From Phoronis australis (lineage: Eukaryota > Animalia > Phoronida), in contig NMRA01000261.1 in the NCBI GenBank assembly GCA_002633005.1, positions 186,001 to 250,000 of the forward strand: a DNA stretch of 64,000 nt, written 5' to 3'. A program made the translations under genes and the position numbers. Below the pieces are notes generated by a model. That model did no database searches, had not been told where the DNA came from, and saw only the letters and a program-made list of their open reading frames with translations. This document shows positions 1-13,868 of the stretch, piece by piece; the stretch's first letter is position 1, and every line of letters starts with the position of its first letter.

Positions 1-198
1 TGATCAGTATAGGTTCCTCAGTCATGATAAGCTGTCATTATAAGTTTCTGTCATTACAGGCTCCTCGGTCATTATATGCTGTCATTATAGGCTCCCCAGT
101 CATTGCGGAATGACCTGTCATTATAGGCTCTTCAGTGATTATAGGCTCCTCAGGCATGATAAGCTGTCATTATAGGCTCCTCAGTACTTATAGGCTCT
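1..198. repeat. Degenerate minisatellite (TATAGGCTCCTCAGTCAT ~18-bp units mixed with GATAAGCTGTCAT ~13-bp units)
   Basis: Recurrent ttataggctcctcag/aagctgtcat units are visible from the window start. Confidence 0.8.
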
Positions 199-570
199 GG
201 TACTTTGATCGCACAGAGTAAATCTCCATACAGGGTCATATCATGTATCATTAGTACAGAGATGCCAACTTTCATTGCCAGAAATACAACTCACAGAAAA
301 GAACTGGTTCTCCATCCTCAGCTTTATCTGAACACGCCCAGGAATCAGGACATCCAATCGAATTGGGAGTTTGTCAACGTTATTGACAGTGAGAGCTCTT
401 ATTTTCCCAAAAAGATCAGGGAAGCCAATAGATTAGACGGCATAACACCTCTATTAATAGGGATGGTGGGGAAGAGTTACCCCCATCTATAACAGGCTAA
501 TCGTTAGTTATGAAGTGCCATCTGGCGGAAACTCAAACAACGATCGTCATTCTGAGGACAAAAGTCTTAA

Positions 571-2051
571 AAGCGAAGGCAACCTTTTTTCATGTCATTT
601 TTAGCAAAAATAAGGTTCGTTGGTTATCCCAAACATATTTTTCAATTAATTACAGCTTTTCGTAATTTGATTACTTACTCGTGCTCTACTCCGGAAGTGA
701 CATTTTGGGAGGCAAGAATTTCGCGCCAATTTCTTTTCATATAGTCTGACTGTGAGATGTCGAGTCAGTCATTGTTCTACCGCGGTTGTGGTAAGTTCGG
801 TCGTCGTTTGCTTTTGTTTACAAAGTCAGACAACATGCCACACTGTTGCTGCGTACCGGGATGTACTCATTATCGTCTCACACGCGCTTTGGGAATACCA
901 GGCTTTGTATCGCTTTCCAAAGGATGACACACTTCGCCGAACTTGGCTCGCTCGTGTGAAGAACGCAGCGTTACCCGTCAACGCAACGTTCAAAGCAGTG
1001 GACGGTTACCGAGTGTGTGGCAAGCATTTTCTGCCGTCAGATTACGAGAGGGATATGTACACTGAATTGATAAAGGTCCCTGCGAAACAACTTCTGAAGA
1101 AGGGTGCGATACCGTAGCTGTTGATTACCGGCAGTGCTCCGTCGCCACCCCCGAAAAGTGCGTTTTTGAAGCGAGGCTTGCGATCTATGGCCACCACAGT
1201 GACTGGCGGCACTTCATCTACTGTCACCCGTGCCTCCAAAGTTACAGAGCGTGCAATTCTGGGAACTAGCAGTGATTCGCCCTGTGCTGTTGTTTCTAAC
1301 ACAGAGCCTGTGAGCAGCCCTGCAGCAATGTTGAGTTGTGGGAGTGAATACAGGCCCAGTTTGACACCCAGTGAAGAGGACAGTTCGTCATCCTACGAAC
1401 AGATTCGTGAGCCAAACTTTGATAAGTTTATTGTGGATTTGTCTAATTGGAGCTATTTAGAAAGTGCCAGGTGTGTGGCGAGGGAGTCACATTGCGGGAT
1501 GTAAGCATTTTGGGTGCTCAGGTCACCATCCAGTGGGAGCGTGTTGCGGGACACTGGGGCAAGTGGGACAGTTGTGGCTGTGCATACTCTGCCTCATTAT
1601 ACTGGGGCTCAAACATACAAGGTATACCCACCCACTGACTGTCAGTGAAAAAATTCCTCGTCACCACTGCTATATGAATAATGCCTCCGTTACTCACGTC
1701 ACTACGTACTGTCAATGTGGGTCGCCGACTCCAGTCATTTTCAGATTAATACAAACTAAAGAATCCCTAAATCCAACGTATTTGGGTTCTCTAACAACCT
1801 AGTTTGTCGTAGAAAACTCGTCGATGGGAAGTGGTGACGACAATTTTAGAAAAACAGCCCGAAAACAAAAGTAGTACAGATCATCACACTGCACTCAACA
1901 CAGAGCCAAATTGGTGCGAAATTCTTGCCTCCCAAAACGTCACTTCTGGAGTAGAGGACGAGTAATTAATTAAATTATGAAAAATTACAATTAAGTGTGA
2001 AATATGTCTTATTTTTGCTAAAAATGACAAGAAAAAAGGTTGCCTTCGCCT
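571..2051 (+). mobile_element. Internally deleted Kolobok-type DNA transposon
   Basis: Imperfect TIRs of ~150 bp: 571-732 (AAGCGAAGGCAACCTTTTTT...GGCAAGAATTTCGCGCCAATTT) versus 1907-2051. Flanked by TTAA (567-570) and TTAG (2052-2055). Encodes a THAP domain followed by KFIVD..LMELFRKCQVCG..G.QVTIQW...GHWGKW, which resembles the Kolobok transposase N-terminal region. No DDE core remains. Confidence 0.8.
835..1580 (+). pseudogene. THAP zinc-finger transposase N-terminus, disrupted
   Basis: ATG at 835 gives MPHCCCVPGCTHY.., then a frameshift, then LYRFPKD..W...VCGKHF...LKKGAIP followed by a stop (1115-1117). This is the C2CH signature plus the AVPTIF-like box of THAP. An S/T-rich linker and a frameshifted CxxC segment follow. 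Confidence 0.85.
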
Positions 2052-2322
2052 TTAGAGGTGGGATTATTAACCTTGCTTGTGGTCAGATAACCCTGTATGA
2101 ATCATAAGGTTAACTTCACTATATTTTCATTGGACATTTAATTTCAATGGCCAGCGCTTTGCAACAATCTTTGAACAAGTGCAGCCATGCCATCACCATG
2201 ATGGCCCCTTTGTGGACAGCATGCCTAACAGGTGAAAATGCTCAGTATAAGATACTTCATGTTTTAAAGGGGAATTCTCAGTGAGAAAAGTATTCTTTAC
2301 TGAAATTAGCAGTAGTGCAATA

Positions 2323-2640
2323 GCCAAACACACTAGCTCCGCAGTACCAGCCAAACACACTAGCTCCGCAGTACCAGCCAAACACACTAGCTCCGCAGTA
2401 CCAGCCAAACACACTAGCTCCGCAGTACCAGCCAAACACACTANNNNNNNNNNNNNNNNNNNNNNNNNNNNNNNNNNNNNNNNNNNNNNNNNNNNNNNNN
2501 NNNNNNNNNNNNNNNNNCACACTAGCTCCGCAGTACTAGCCAAACACACTAGCTCCGCAGCACCAGCCAAACACACTACCTCCGCAGTACCAGCCAAACA
2601 CACTAGCTATGCTGTACCAGCCAAATCCAACACACTAAGT
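2323..2640. repeat. 27-bp tandem repeat (AAACACACTAGCTCCGCAGTACCAGCC) spanning an assembly gap
   Basis: Near-identical units lie on both sides of the N run at 2444-2517. Confidence 0.95.
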
Positions 2641-3936
2641 AGCAGAGTATTGTAATAGCATGGGCTTTTATTTCAGCAAATGTCTGGCAGATACTAGCAA
2701 GAATTGGTGATTTGTAATAGAAAACTGGCAAAAACATAACAATTTTATTGTTTTACAGCTCTAGCTTAAGCTGGTAACTTATTGACAACTCCATCACATC
2801 CAAGAATACCAACAATGCATCTTTCAACCATGCTTCCCATAATGCACCTTTAAATGTCTGAGCGTTGCCAATCTTAAAGTAATTAAATTATAATGGTAAA
2901 TAGGAAATCGAATACAAGTGAGAATAGATGCATTCGCTATCAACTAAAATTTTCAACCAAAATCTGTCTTAAAGAAAATTGCTGCCAGTCTTGGTACATA
3001 CCTTCTCAGTGAAGTCAAGAGGGTAAAATGAAGAAACATTAACTGTAACATCTCTCTTATGATTAAGTTGCGTGTGTCCCAAATGAACAGCCTAATCAAA
3101 GGAGTCGTATCATTAAAGTGCGCTAATTTAATTTTCTGAGAGAGCTTATAGTGAAATTCACTGACAAATCAATAGAATGTATACCTAGGATGTGGATGCA
3201 TTGCTCAACTAGCTGCTCAGATCCATGCAGAATTCCATGCAATGACCAGCACCACTTGGATATGTAGCACACAAGTTTAGCAGGTAATCCAACTCTAAAG
3301 CCTCAGTCTTGCCTAACAGTTCTGTAAACAATTTCTACACATGTAATCCAACAGCATAGTTTGACATAACAACATCCGAGTCCAGAATTTCGACTTGAAT
3401 TTTGCAATTTCGACCTGGAAATCATACTAATCAATGTACTTTGATTTGAAATCTAGAAACAAGTCTATTGTGCATAACATGAACAACCTTACATTATTTT
3501 TGAAGCAAGAATATATTTTAAAGATATTTAATGACTTCAATCGTACCGTAGTTTATCAAAACCTAAGAGAATTTCTTAAGAGATTAATAAGCAATCGATG
3601 TTTTGATGCTATGAATGTTATTTCGCAAATATCTCATGTCAAACTTAAGTGTGGCCCAGAGCCCAGTCATTGTAAGCGCTAAGTGCTCAAAATCAATATG
3701 CATTTGTGTTTGATAATTTTAATGTTTTAAAAAAGTCATTTGCCGTTCAGTAATGGATTTTTGGCAAACAGTAGAACTTAAAAGGGAGATCTTAAAGTGA
3801 GAATGTAATGTGAGAGTTTGAAAGGAAAAAGATAGAAATTGATAATAATTTTTCACAAAAATCAAACAGTTCAAGCGCAGCAATGGTAGTAGTTAGGGAA
3901 GATATTATGACACATACAAAGAAAACCCACATAACC

Positions 3937-4748
3937 ACAAGGGAGAACCACTGTAATCAGATGCATCCAAAATCAACACAAGTCATGCGAATCCGAATCC
4001 GTCTGAAACTGGCCAATGAGCAGGAAGCATCCTTTTCTTCATAGAAGCAGAAACTTCTTTGCCAAATTTCACGAAGATCTATCAAGAAGAAACTTGGTAT
4101 ATAGGCACATGCAAGGAAAACATCAACTGCCATTATATGGTGCCACACAAGTCTTAAACTTTGTCCCAAAATCAATGTCAGCTATATACTCCTCAATAGG
4201 AAAATACTTTCACCAAACTTATAGGTCCATAAACAAACTTGGTAGATATTGATGCAGAGAAAAAAGGGGCAAAACAGCCACACCAGTCTGAAATCAATGT
4301 TGCCCGCCTAAAAATTGGCACAAGACTGATTCAAAAATCAACATCAGGCATGCTCTCCTCAACAGGAGGACATCTGCCAGATTTCTTTGTAATCGTTAAA
4401 CCGTTTGGCAGAGAGAACAGCTGGATCATAAAACAGATTTGAAAAAATAAAAATGGCCTGTGAGTTGGCAAAAAATATTTCCCAAAATAGGTCTCATCAC
4501 CAATTCAGTAGAAACTTATTGTCCACATTTTTTAAAACTCCATCAGGGAACTTGGAAAATACAGAGGTAAATATAAGAAACTAAAATTGTCACTAGCAGG
4601 CACAGTAGTTGCCACCATCCAAAAGTTGTCATCAGCTTCATTGGAAAACATCTGCCAAACTTCATGAAAATCTTCCAAGGGTTTAAGAAAAATAGCAGTG
4701 GAGGCCACACGCCTAGACAGAGATGATCACATATGTGGGCTTATAAAA
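3937..4748 (-). mobile_element. Degraded HINE/pearl-like Helentron-associated element
   Basis: The right end GACAGAGATGATCACATATGTGGGCTTATAAAA resembles the 19760-19808 terminus. The interior has the same CCAAATTTCA/CACTAG-type repeat motifs. The left boundary is approximate. Confidence 0.5.
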
Positions 4749-5207
4749 GATTAAGGCTGTGACATGCACTTAAACATATTTGAGGTTTATCGTTTTTAAA
4801 TTAGGGTAGACCTTTATAAAAAATGCAGCAGTATTAAGCACTGAGTCTATGCTGCGTGTAGATGAAAAGTTAGAAGCTAAGCTGGCTGCCTTCAATGACT
4901 CTTCGTCTGTGCTAACCCGAACTAGAAAAGTAACAATGAATGACTGTCCGCTCAGTATGTAAATTCTCCACATATTTTGCATAAACATAATTGCCAAACT
5001 GTCACTTTCCATTTTTCAAAGGATGGTAACCTTTCTGGAAACCAAAGAAACCTGACCAACAGTAAAAACCATATGTGTAATAGACTAAAATTTTCTTAAT
5101 CACTATTTTTGTGGAGAAATTTCAAAAAATATAATTTCACTCGTCGACCACATTGTGTGCTAAATAAGTGAAAAATTACCATAACTGGGTAACCTTCATT
5201 AAAACTA

Positions 5208-5275
5208 TCCCTCCCTCCCTCTCTCTCTCCCTCCCTCCCTCCCTGCCTCCCTCCCTCCCCACTCTCCCTTCCTGC
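5208..5275. repeat. (CCCT)n/(CT)n pyrimidine microsatellite
   Basis: Seen directly in the sequence. Confidence 0.9.
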
Positions 5276-7124
5276 CTTTTATTGACAGTGAGATACTTTC
5301 AAGTAGATGGAGAACATTTGAAGAGTGCAACATCAACCAAAAAATTTACAAGTTACCATAAGACACAGTATGTTTTATCAAAACATTAACCTTTTGGTTA
5401 ATTTTTATCACGGAATCAAAGGAAGCATGGAGTCAACTGTCAAATGCAGCTTTTGCTCCCATTTCATACTTTGTTTTTCACAACCTAACACCCTGAATGG
5501 TTAGTAAACAACCCAAACTTGGTACAATAAAATGCCTAAAAAGGTTAATGGAGCTACCACAAACCTACATGAGTGAACACTGCTATGCTGGCTGCTCACC
5601 AAGATGAGAAACAGCAGCACACAGTCTATCTTGCCTCAGTGCGGCTCTCTGTGGCCACCTATAAATTTGACATGTCACATGACTGGTTATAACCTAAAAA
5701 TAGCTATAGTGAGAGTATGTACAGGTGCCTATCTTGCCAGATGTGAAAACGCTCACCCCCCCCACACACCCCAAACGAAAGTAAGTCGGTCACAACATAA
5801 GATGCGTCCAACGCAGCACGCACTTAGAAACACAGACAAAAACTGTTGTACGCTAACTTAGGCGCACTGATGGTGCGCCGAGCGTGGCTACTTATATGAA
5901 GCGTTTTGACAGCAGAAGGTATTCTTTTCAACAGATATTAACACACACAAAAGAATGTCTTAATGTGGGCCATAAATGTTTTGTGACTCCTCATATCCAA
6001 CAGCTTCCTGCAGTTACCATACACTCAATGAGGGTCTGCTTTTGAACTAATAAGGAAAATATTGGAGCTACATTTTTGGGTCCTGCCATGCATGGGTAGC
6101 ATTGGACAGTTTCGGGCGAATTCGTATTGACCAGCAACAAATATGGAAACCGAGACTTAACCTGCAGTTAAAGGTACTTTTTGTGCAAAAGAATGCTCAT
6201 GAAATGTTTAAAACAATACAACTTTTCACTATATCCAATCTCCAACATTTACATGAAAATCTCAACTAAATTGTACATTGAGAAATGTCTATGATTAACA
6301 AACTCTCCTCCTTCCTCAAAGTAATTGCGTAGTTAATGAACAATGCCCATGTTTCTTATTCATACACGGAATCCTTCACAATGAAGGCGGCGGCCATTAT
6401 CCCCCCAGGACGACATTACTAACCATTATCATTAGTAGAACATTACACAAGATACACTTTTCACAGCAGGTGACCTACACTAATAATTCTATATCACTTA
6501 ATTAGAGATACATGAGCTATAACAAATCTCTAAGGCAAAGCCTCTTTTTACATCTCTACAAGTCAAGTTACAATGTGATGTTATATTTTCACATACACAC
6601 ACGCACGCGCACTGAAAAGGGAGCATTCGTCGACTTCAAAAGTTTAATCCAGCCAGTTTCAATTTTGCAGGTTATCAACAAGTCAATACAGATTAACAGC
6701 TTCTTAAAAAGCTTAAGGATGAAGTCCACTTTCCACATGAACTGCTTGGAGATCAACAATGTATATGTTGGTGCTGTCAATCCCTACCAACATTAAACCT
6801 GATACAATAGAAAATGTACACAAGAAACGATGTGAAACAACTTCTCTCCTCTTCCTAGTTACTAGTTCATTCCTTCAAGTTACTCATAAAATGATACCAC
6901 CAAAATCCCCAAGTCCAAGTAGCAACTGGCTACCTCATTTGAGGACAATAGTTAATATTTTGATTTTAAAAGTACCAAGGTGAGTGAGTTGAAAAGGGCA
7001 CTTCAGGAGGGAAATTTGCCCAAATTAGACTTCTTTTTCTTTGAAAAGTCCTTGTACAATGCTCAGAAATGACAATCAAGTCCAAGTATTACAGGAAATA
7101 AGTTATCTTAACGATTTTCCTATC

Positions 7125-7259
7125 TATGGGCGGCGCATCATAGGGGGCTGGGGGGCTCTAGACTCCCCCCACTTATTACAGTGCTGCGCCAGGCGGCGCA
7201 TCCGACAGGGGCTGAGAAGCTATAGCCACCCCACTTATTTCAGTGCTGCGCCGCCCACG
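7125..7259. mobile_element. Tiny GC-tipped MITE with an internal duplication
   Basis: TIRs ATGGGCGGCGCA / TGCGCCGCCCACG. Two ~62-bp internal units each end CCCACTTATT.CAGTGCTGCGCC. Confidence 0.65.
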
Positions 7260-10168
7260 TTATTACAAGCAAAAATTAAAATCCTAATAATAGGTTCAAA
7301 AGTACACTTGGAAACAGCAACAATGGATGGAATTTCATGCCGAGGACATGACCACTTGCTCACTGCAAAGGTCATGAACTCACCAGTATGCGCTCCCTAT
7401 TCAAATTTGGTTTGACATCATGAAATGCCTGAAGCTATGACTGGCCAGTAATAGTAAAAGAGGTTCGTCCTCAATTCTGGTTGGACGGAATATTTATGAC
7501 TCTGTATTTGATCGCAAACAGACTTTCTGACCTTAATTCATGAACAAACTGTAAAAAAATATGTTTCAGAGCCTAAATGTGCAGGAAAAGTTCAAAATTG
7601 TCGGCTATTTTCATAGAAAATACATGAAATAGTAGCAAATCTTGAAACTAGATGTCGTGTTTGACGAGATGAGCAACTGTATTTGAAGTAGTGCTCGACA
7701 AGTGAGGTTCCGACTTTAGTCACCTCCAGAAATGTGAAGTCTCTTTTTTCAACCTCATACATGCCAAATCGAACACTGCCTCTAAGTCATCCGATACAAT
7801 ACGTGACAAGGCAAAATACCCTACTGGGCTGATACCTGATGAATCATAATACTCCAAAGGGAAATACCCATGTCGTTAGATGACAGTACATCCCAATCAA
7901 TTCTGTCATAAATGTACTCACACTTAAGTAAAATACCAGAGTCACATTCAGTTCCACTGGTTTCGGAGTATGAACATTCATCACACAACTTGATACTACT
8001 TGAAACTCAAAAGCGGCACGGAAATGCAGACAATAAATCTACCCAAGTTAACGAACAAAGCATTTATTTTGGTTTATAGACTAAATTCTTTTTTCATGGT
8101 CTCTCCTCTAAATTAAAACCAGAATTGTTGTTCCCAAGTCAATTAGCAACACACTTATTGCTGTTTGAAGCGTGAGTACATTTTGGCACACCCTGTAGAA
8201 CTGCCTTCCTATCCAGAACTTTCGACAGGGCGAGTAAATGGAGACAGACTCAAGGAATCACCAACAACTTCAGACTCTCTGGCTAATGAGTAATATCTCC
8301 AATATTATGGCTGTTCTCAGTGAAATTGATTCTGTTTTCAATCCACGTCAATCTGCAATGATGAGATCCTATTCAAACCCCCAAATCCATGTTGTAAGTT
8401 AGCACCTCAGTTAATCCTCCCCTGATGAACAACATGATTGACAAGTGAGTACAGTTCAATTAACTTCATGAAACTTGAAATAATTCATACTCCCAGTATC
8501 ACAAAAAGGAATCTCGCTTCCTAGAAATCAATTATACCGGTACTGTGCGTAAAAATTTGAGTACCTAAATTTACGTGTAAGCTTCATGTTTCAGAAGGGA
8601 TATTTTTGGGATTTCAGTTAAAAGTCTGCAGTTGATCATCTTCGTCAGTTGTCATCTTTACATAAATATGTCTAATCAGCTGGACAACATGTTGACCAGA
8701 TTCATCTGAGAGTTCTATCTCTAAATATTAAGTACAACACACTTAAATACACTTCATGTCCATTCTGTTTACAAACCAAACAGAATAACATCAATGAACT
8801 ACAGCTAATTCAGAAGCAGCAGGTTGCACAGACTGACAGGAGAAATTGATTGATTCTTATACTTGATATTGGAGGACATGTGTAGTGACACCGCTGAAGA
8901 AACTGTCTATATTAAAAACAAATCTCAAGGCATTTCTGTCACAAGGGGGCAGTTTTACCATAACAACAAAAATGTTCACACAACATTGTTTGTGCCTCCG
9001 ATATGCAAATTTGTTTTTCCAGATACCGTTCAGTTTGAAACCTGGCAGAAAAACAGGGTTTTATACCTGGCAACTGTGTTTGAATGTGTAAAACAGACTA
9101 GTGACCAAGATGTTATGGTTTACAAAACATTGCCATTTGGAAATCATGCATCATTTTTTCATTTCCTGATGAAGCCTTTGTCAGAAGCTCACAATTTTTC
9201 TGCTGTTGTTATGATTTTGTGCGCAAGATTTTGACAACCAAATGTGAACGCTGCCGAAGCAAATCAGGAGGCAAGGCCTCAATTCTAAGTAAATAAATTG
9301 AGTAATGTTAATGTAACAGCTATGAATCTGTTGAAGGCCATTGACCACTGCTCAACATACTGAACAAATTAGGGAATGTACAAAAAGCCAATTACACTCC
9401 AGATGAAAAGCTAAAAGGATCTGGCAACATGTTAGAACATGTTAGCTTCTGTAATCACACTAAATCTTGTACCAATAACTGATTTCTAAATTTTGTGACA
9501 AAAACCTACATCTCACTAACCAAGCAACATAAGGTATGGTGCGGTAAGAACGTGTAAGCTCTTCAAAGCAAAAAAAATCCTTGGAAATGGTTCAGTTGGA
9601 AATATACATGGAAACTTCCAACCCATTTATAGTACATACTGACAAGTTGATGGATTAGGAGAATATCACAGAAATAACAGACTGGGTAATATTAACCACC
9701 AACTTGATGGAAATTCAGCTAGAATAACCGATTAGTGAGCAGATATCAAGACGGTATGGCAAAACCAAGCAGAGCGACCCATGAGACATGTCCTCATTAC
9801 GTACCCATGTGGCAAACTAACCTTATCCTTGTAGACCCAATATGATAGCATCAACCAGTTGCCTGTACAGTAGATTCAATGGTGTTAATCATTCCATCAC
9901 TGCAGCTGAACACAGTCACTCTAGAGTATTCATAATTGATGATGCTCTATTTTGTGAAACTTGCAGTTCTGACAGCACACACAGTCAAGCAGGTCTCTGA
10001 CCCTAACAGTGACTATAAACAAGCACTTAGAAGTTATGCACTGCCCTAGTAAACTCGTTTTAAAAACTTAACAATTACAAAGTACATGTGTGACAAAAAA
10101 TGCCCTTAATTAGCCTAGCAACATACCAAACCAAACTAAAATTAGAATATGAATATTACTGGGTTCCA

Positions 10169-10375
10169 TTTAAGTGATAAAAATATTGGTTAAAGATACT
10201 TTTTGGAACCAAAGAACCGTATTTTGATGTGGAAAGTGTACAGCAGTTTCATCCATATCTCATCTAGAGAATTAAGTCTGTGAGATATGGACGAAACACG
10301 GCTGCACTCTTTGCATATCAAGGTAAGGCTCTTTGGTTCCAAAATGGATCTTTACTCAATATTTTCATCACTAAA
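10169..10375. mobile_element. Foldback MITE, near-complete hairpin with ~95-bp arms
   Basis: The left arm (AGTGATAAAAATATTGGTTAAAGAT...TCCATATCTCA) matches the reverse complement of the right arm. The loop is ~18 nt. Confidence 0.8.
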
Positions 10376-10558
10376 ATTTGTTTAATAGGTAAAATTTTAC
10401 AAAGCTTGTAATCATACAAAACCACATGTTTTCTTGACACAACTGCTACGTTATCTTTGGATGAAGCCACACCCCTTTTCATGTGCTCCAGCACTTTCAA
10501 GACTTGGCGCAGCAAAAACTACCCCTTCTCAAACAGGCAGAACTAGAATGACACAGTT

Positions 10559-10817
10559 TGCATGTTTAATGATGACGTATTCGCCAGTACAATGACATGA
10601 TTTGGACCCACAAATAAGAACAGATATGCAGTCACAATACAGTTTGAAAAATTTCGCAGGTCTTGGATTTTTTCCAGTTCAAGTAACCATGGGAACTATT
10701 TAGCACTTGAAATTTTTTAAAATTACGTATCTGTATTTATCGTTTTTTGATTTTATTTGACTGGGTCCAACACATCAAAATAACATCATACTAGTCAAGT
10801 ACACATCTAACATGCAG
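10559..10817. mobile_element. Degenerate inverted-repeat MITE
   Basis: TGCATGTT...TTGGACCCACAAATAA is mirrored by TTATTTGACTGGGTCCAA...AACATGCA. Confidence 0.45.
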
Positions 10818-11989
10818 ATATTAGTGAAAGCCCTAAAATTGTACGTTGCGTGTGTAGTATTTTTTGGTCATGCCTAGGGGGTGGCATAGGCCTCAAGGTG
10901 ACTCTCCACCAAATCTGCTTATGTCTTGTTTCCCATAATTGCAAACTAAGCACAGAATTTCACAGAAAAATTCAGAAACTTTGGAAGTAGTACAAGCTCA
11001 CACAATGCGTTGTGAGTATTAAATAGTTCTAAACTAGTCTTAACAAACAGCAACATGGCACAAGGATTGAATTACCAAAACTATAATTTCAGAACACATA
11101 TACTTCATTATTCGTAGAATTCTTTAGTTACACCTTCTGCACATAATCCTATAGAAATCTTGAATATTACACCAGAGCCACAGGAAATTGGTATGTCAAC
11201 ATATCAAAAGCCCTTAAGGCACCAGATTCCCTTATATGCCCAAAGCTAATCAATTGTTAAGGAGCAATTCTTGATACTTAGCATAGCCTCAATTCGCCAA
11301 ATGTGCCCTGCCAAAGCCCATTTCCAAGTAGGAGCTGATACTGACATAAGTGAGATGTTTCCCCGAGACAGATGATGACAAGCGGGCTCTTCCAACTTTT
11401 GCTGAACAAATCCGAGTTCCGAGTATTTTGTGTACGTGCTTGCATGTGGCATAAAGACTTTGTGACGACCTGGGATTTTTACCAGATCGTCAAACAATCG
11501 GAGGTCGCATTTGAGACCTACCGGCTACAAAATTGAGCCATGACGTGTGACCTTATCTGGTCACAAACAGTGGTAAACAACTCGGGCCCAATGTACCAAG
11601 CCTTTAAACCAAAAATTTCAAGAAAATAACCTTCACAAAGTTTTTCAGCAAGAAAATTAAAACAGTTGGGTCATAGTCCATTCCAGACGACCAAATCATA
11701 AATATAAGTAACACTTGTTCTACACCCCAAGACTTATAAAACACTGTAGCTTAATTGTTAAGTTAGGTTATTATTATTATACCAGATTGGTTAATATTGT
11801 AATTCTCCAACAAAATGTCATTTCTTCGAATTTGGGTGTAGTGAGCAAACACCTATTAAGTAAAGACCACGATTAAGTGGTCATTGTCTGTGAGTATGTA
11901 TCGCAAAAAGCACCTCCAAAACGTGAAGAGTTCTGACCACACAATAACTGACAGATGCAACAGCAATTCTTGCTAAGTAAACATCATTG

Positions 11990-12790
11990 ATACAAAATGA
12001 ATTTGCTTATAGGTAGCAAGAAGGACCCAATTATAGTAATTTAATCAAGAGGATTCAATGATCTTCTGGACCAGGTCAATACTTCTCTTTCGATTTCATT
12101 ATTTTTTCTTACAGTTTAGTTCAGCAATTTCAGGTAGATTGACACTAAAGTTAATTCCCCCCAAAAAGAAGCGTGATATTAGTAAAAAAAGTTCAATATT
12201 TGAGCACAGACGAGAATTCCTTTGTAAAGTATGGGTCAATCCATACACAATGAGTCTTTCTCATATTTTTTGAGAACTGAAAATTTATGAAATTGGTTCA
12301 GTAGATGAAGAAATCTTTTCAAATACTGATTTGAGCCGTCCAAACAGAACACTGTGTCATCTGCACATTGCAATTTTTTTTTGAGTTCTTTGTTCCCAAC
12401 TTTGACACCCTTAATATTGCTGTTATTTTTAAATGTGATAGACGTGATCTCTGCACACAAAATAAATAAATATACAGGGTCACATTGATAACTTGACTTA
12501 TAGGAAAATATTCAGAAGTGAATCTGAATTGAACCACTCTAAGGCTAATCTGGCGCCATGGTTCAACAAGTGGACCAAGTGAATAAGAGTGTTCAAAATT
12601 GAAAAAAGCTAGAACGTAAATTAAATTCCAGGAAACAGAATCAAAAGCTTTTTCAAAATCTACCAACACCAGAAGAGCTAGGATGTTATGGCTGCCCACA
12701 TAATGAATCAGATCGAAAACATTCCCGGTGTTTTCAACCATGAATCTTCCTTTTATAAAACAGCCCTAATCTTGATAAGCAAAGAATCAA
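11990..12790 (-). mobile_element. L1/Tx1-clade LINE ORF2 reverse-transcriptase fragment (pseudogenised)
   Basis: Contains LLVLVDFEKAFDSVSWN..LAFFNF, CAEI...IKGVKVGNKE....QCADDT (a YADD equivalent) and LGINFSVNL...WSRRSLNPL across frameshifts. Confidence 0.88.
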
Positions 12791-12819
12791 TGACACTTTT
12801 AAGACAAAACAAACAATTA

Positions 12820-13150
12820 ATGCCGTTAGGAATTGCTTTTAAAATGGTCCTAAAAATAAGACTTTTATTGCTAAAAACTGAAAAGCTGTATTAAATAAAA
12901 AATTAAATATTTGAAAACTGTAACAGCGTTTTTGAGTTTTCATCTGAAACATTTATATCAAGTGAAATTTGACCAAGTTTTTGATACAGTTGTTTTGCTA
13001 TGAATGCACTTTTCTTTTTTGGAAAATTTTACTTCGGTATAAGACAATCAATGACAGTTTGTAAAACAAAAAATCAAAGTCTACTTTCAGAAAATATGCG
13101 TTTTTATAGTTAAGAACAGGTTGATGAAACAGCGCTGTACAAGTTGTAAA
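12820..13150 (+). repeat. Fragment of the TTAA-type MITE family also found at 55717-56249 and 58806-59110
   Basis: Shares AAAACTGTAA..GTTTTTGAG..TCT.AACATTT.ATATCAA blocks with those copies. Confidence 0.5.
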
Positions 13151-13225
13151 TGTTTTCATAAGTTTAGAATGTAAGTGCTCAGTTGTGGCTTTACATACAT
13201 TGATTATTAATAAAATGGGACCCAT

Positions 13226-13868
13226 GGGCTAGTTTCATAAAAAGCCACTTGAGACCAAAAATTTGTCTGAGTTAAGATCATAATTTGGGCTATTGGTTAA
13301 GACAGAAGACAAAATTAAGAAAAAAAATCATGAACACAAGGAAGGTTTTTGGTCTTCAGTTTTCACGAAGACAGAAATCAAGTCTGTGATTATAGGAAGA
13401 GCGCTTTTGCCACCTGTTGTGAATCCACAAAACTAAGAAAGTTGTTACGTAAACAAAATACAGTTGCAACAATAATCCTGGTCTCGGAACTCTACATGAG
13501 GATTCATTTACAGCATTTTGGACATAATTGGGATCTTGTTTACACAAGAAGACACTCAGCTACAGCTAGAAAATAGTTCTCATGCACAGTAAGTTGTGCC
13601 TTTTGCATTGCATTGTCTCTACACAGCTTCTACGGTGTTTTGCCAGTTCTCAAATCAAAAGTCAACGATTTTTAATTTGACATTGGTCAGGGCTATTAGA
13701 TTGTAAAATATTGCGAAATGTATAACGGTTAACGGAATTGGTTTGTCAACAGTTTACAGTAATGATAGCCATAAATTTTCGGCCATTTATACCAGCAGTC
13801 CACCTAAAATGTAGAAGGCTAACTTTTAGTCTTAATTTTGGTCTAAAGAACTTTCATGAAACAAGACC
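13226..13868. mobile_element. MITE with short TIRs (PIF/Harbinger-like termini, tentative)
   Basis: GGGCTAGTTTCATAAAAAG at the left versus CTTTCATGAAACAAGACC at the right, plus mirrored subterminal GACCAAAATT/AATTTTGGTC. Confidence 0.55.

Noticed and set aside
2193-2655. Repetitive ORFs (AKHTSSAVP)n / (CLAGTAELV)n
   Set aside because: A 27-bp minisatellite open in several frames and spanning a gap. There is no splice or start evidence for coding.
8358-8425. C/D-box snoRNA candidates (ATGATGA...CTGA here and at 14133-14214)
   Set aside because: Terminal stems are weak, there is no convincing rRNA guide, and they lie antisense to the inferred host transcript.
9994-10012. Partial resemblance to miR-125 (and a miR-137-complementary 13-mer at ~34331)
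   Set aside because: The miR-125-like stretch mismatches the seed, and neither site has a precursor hairpin.
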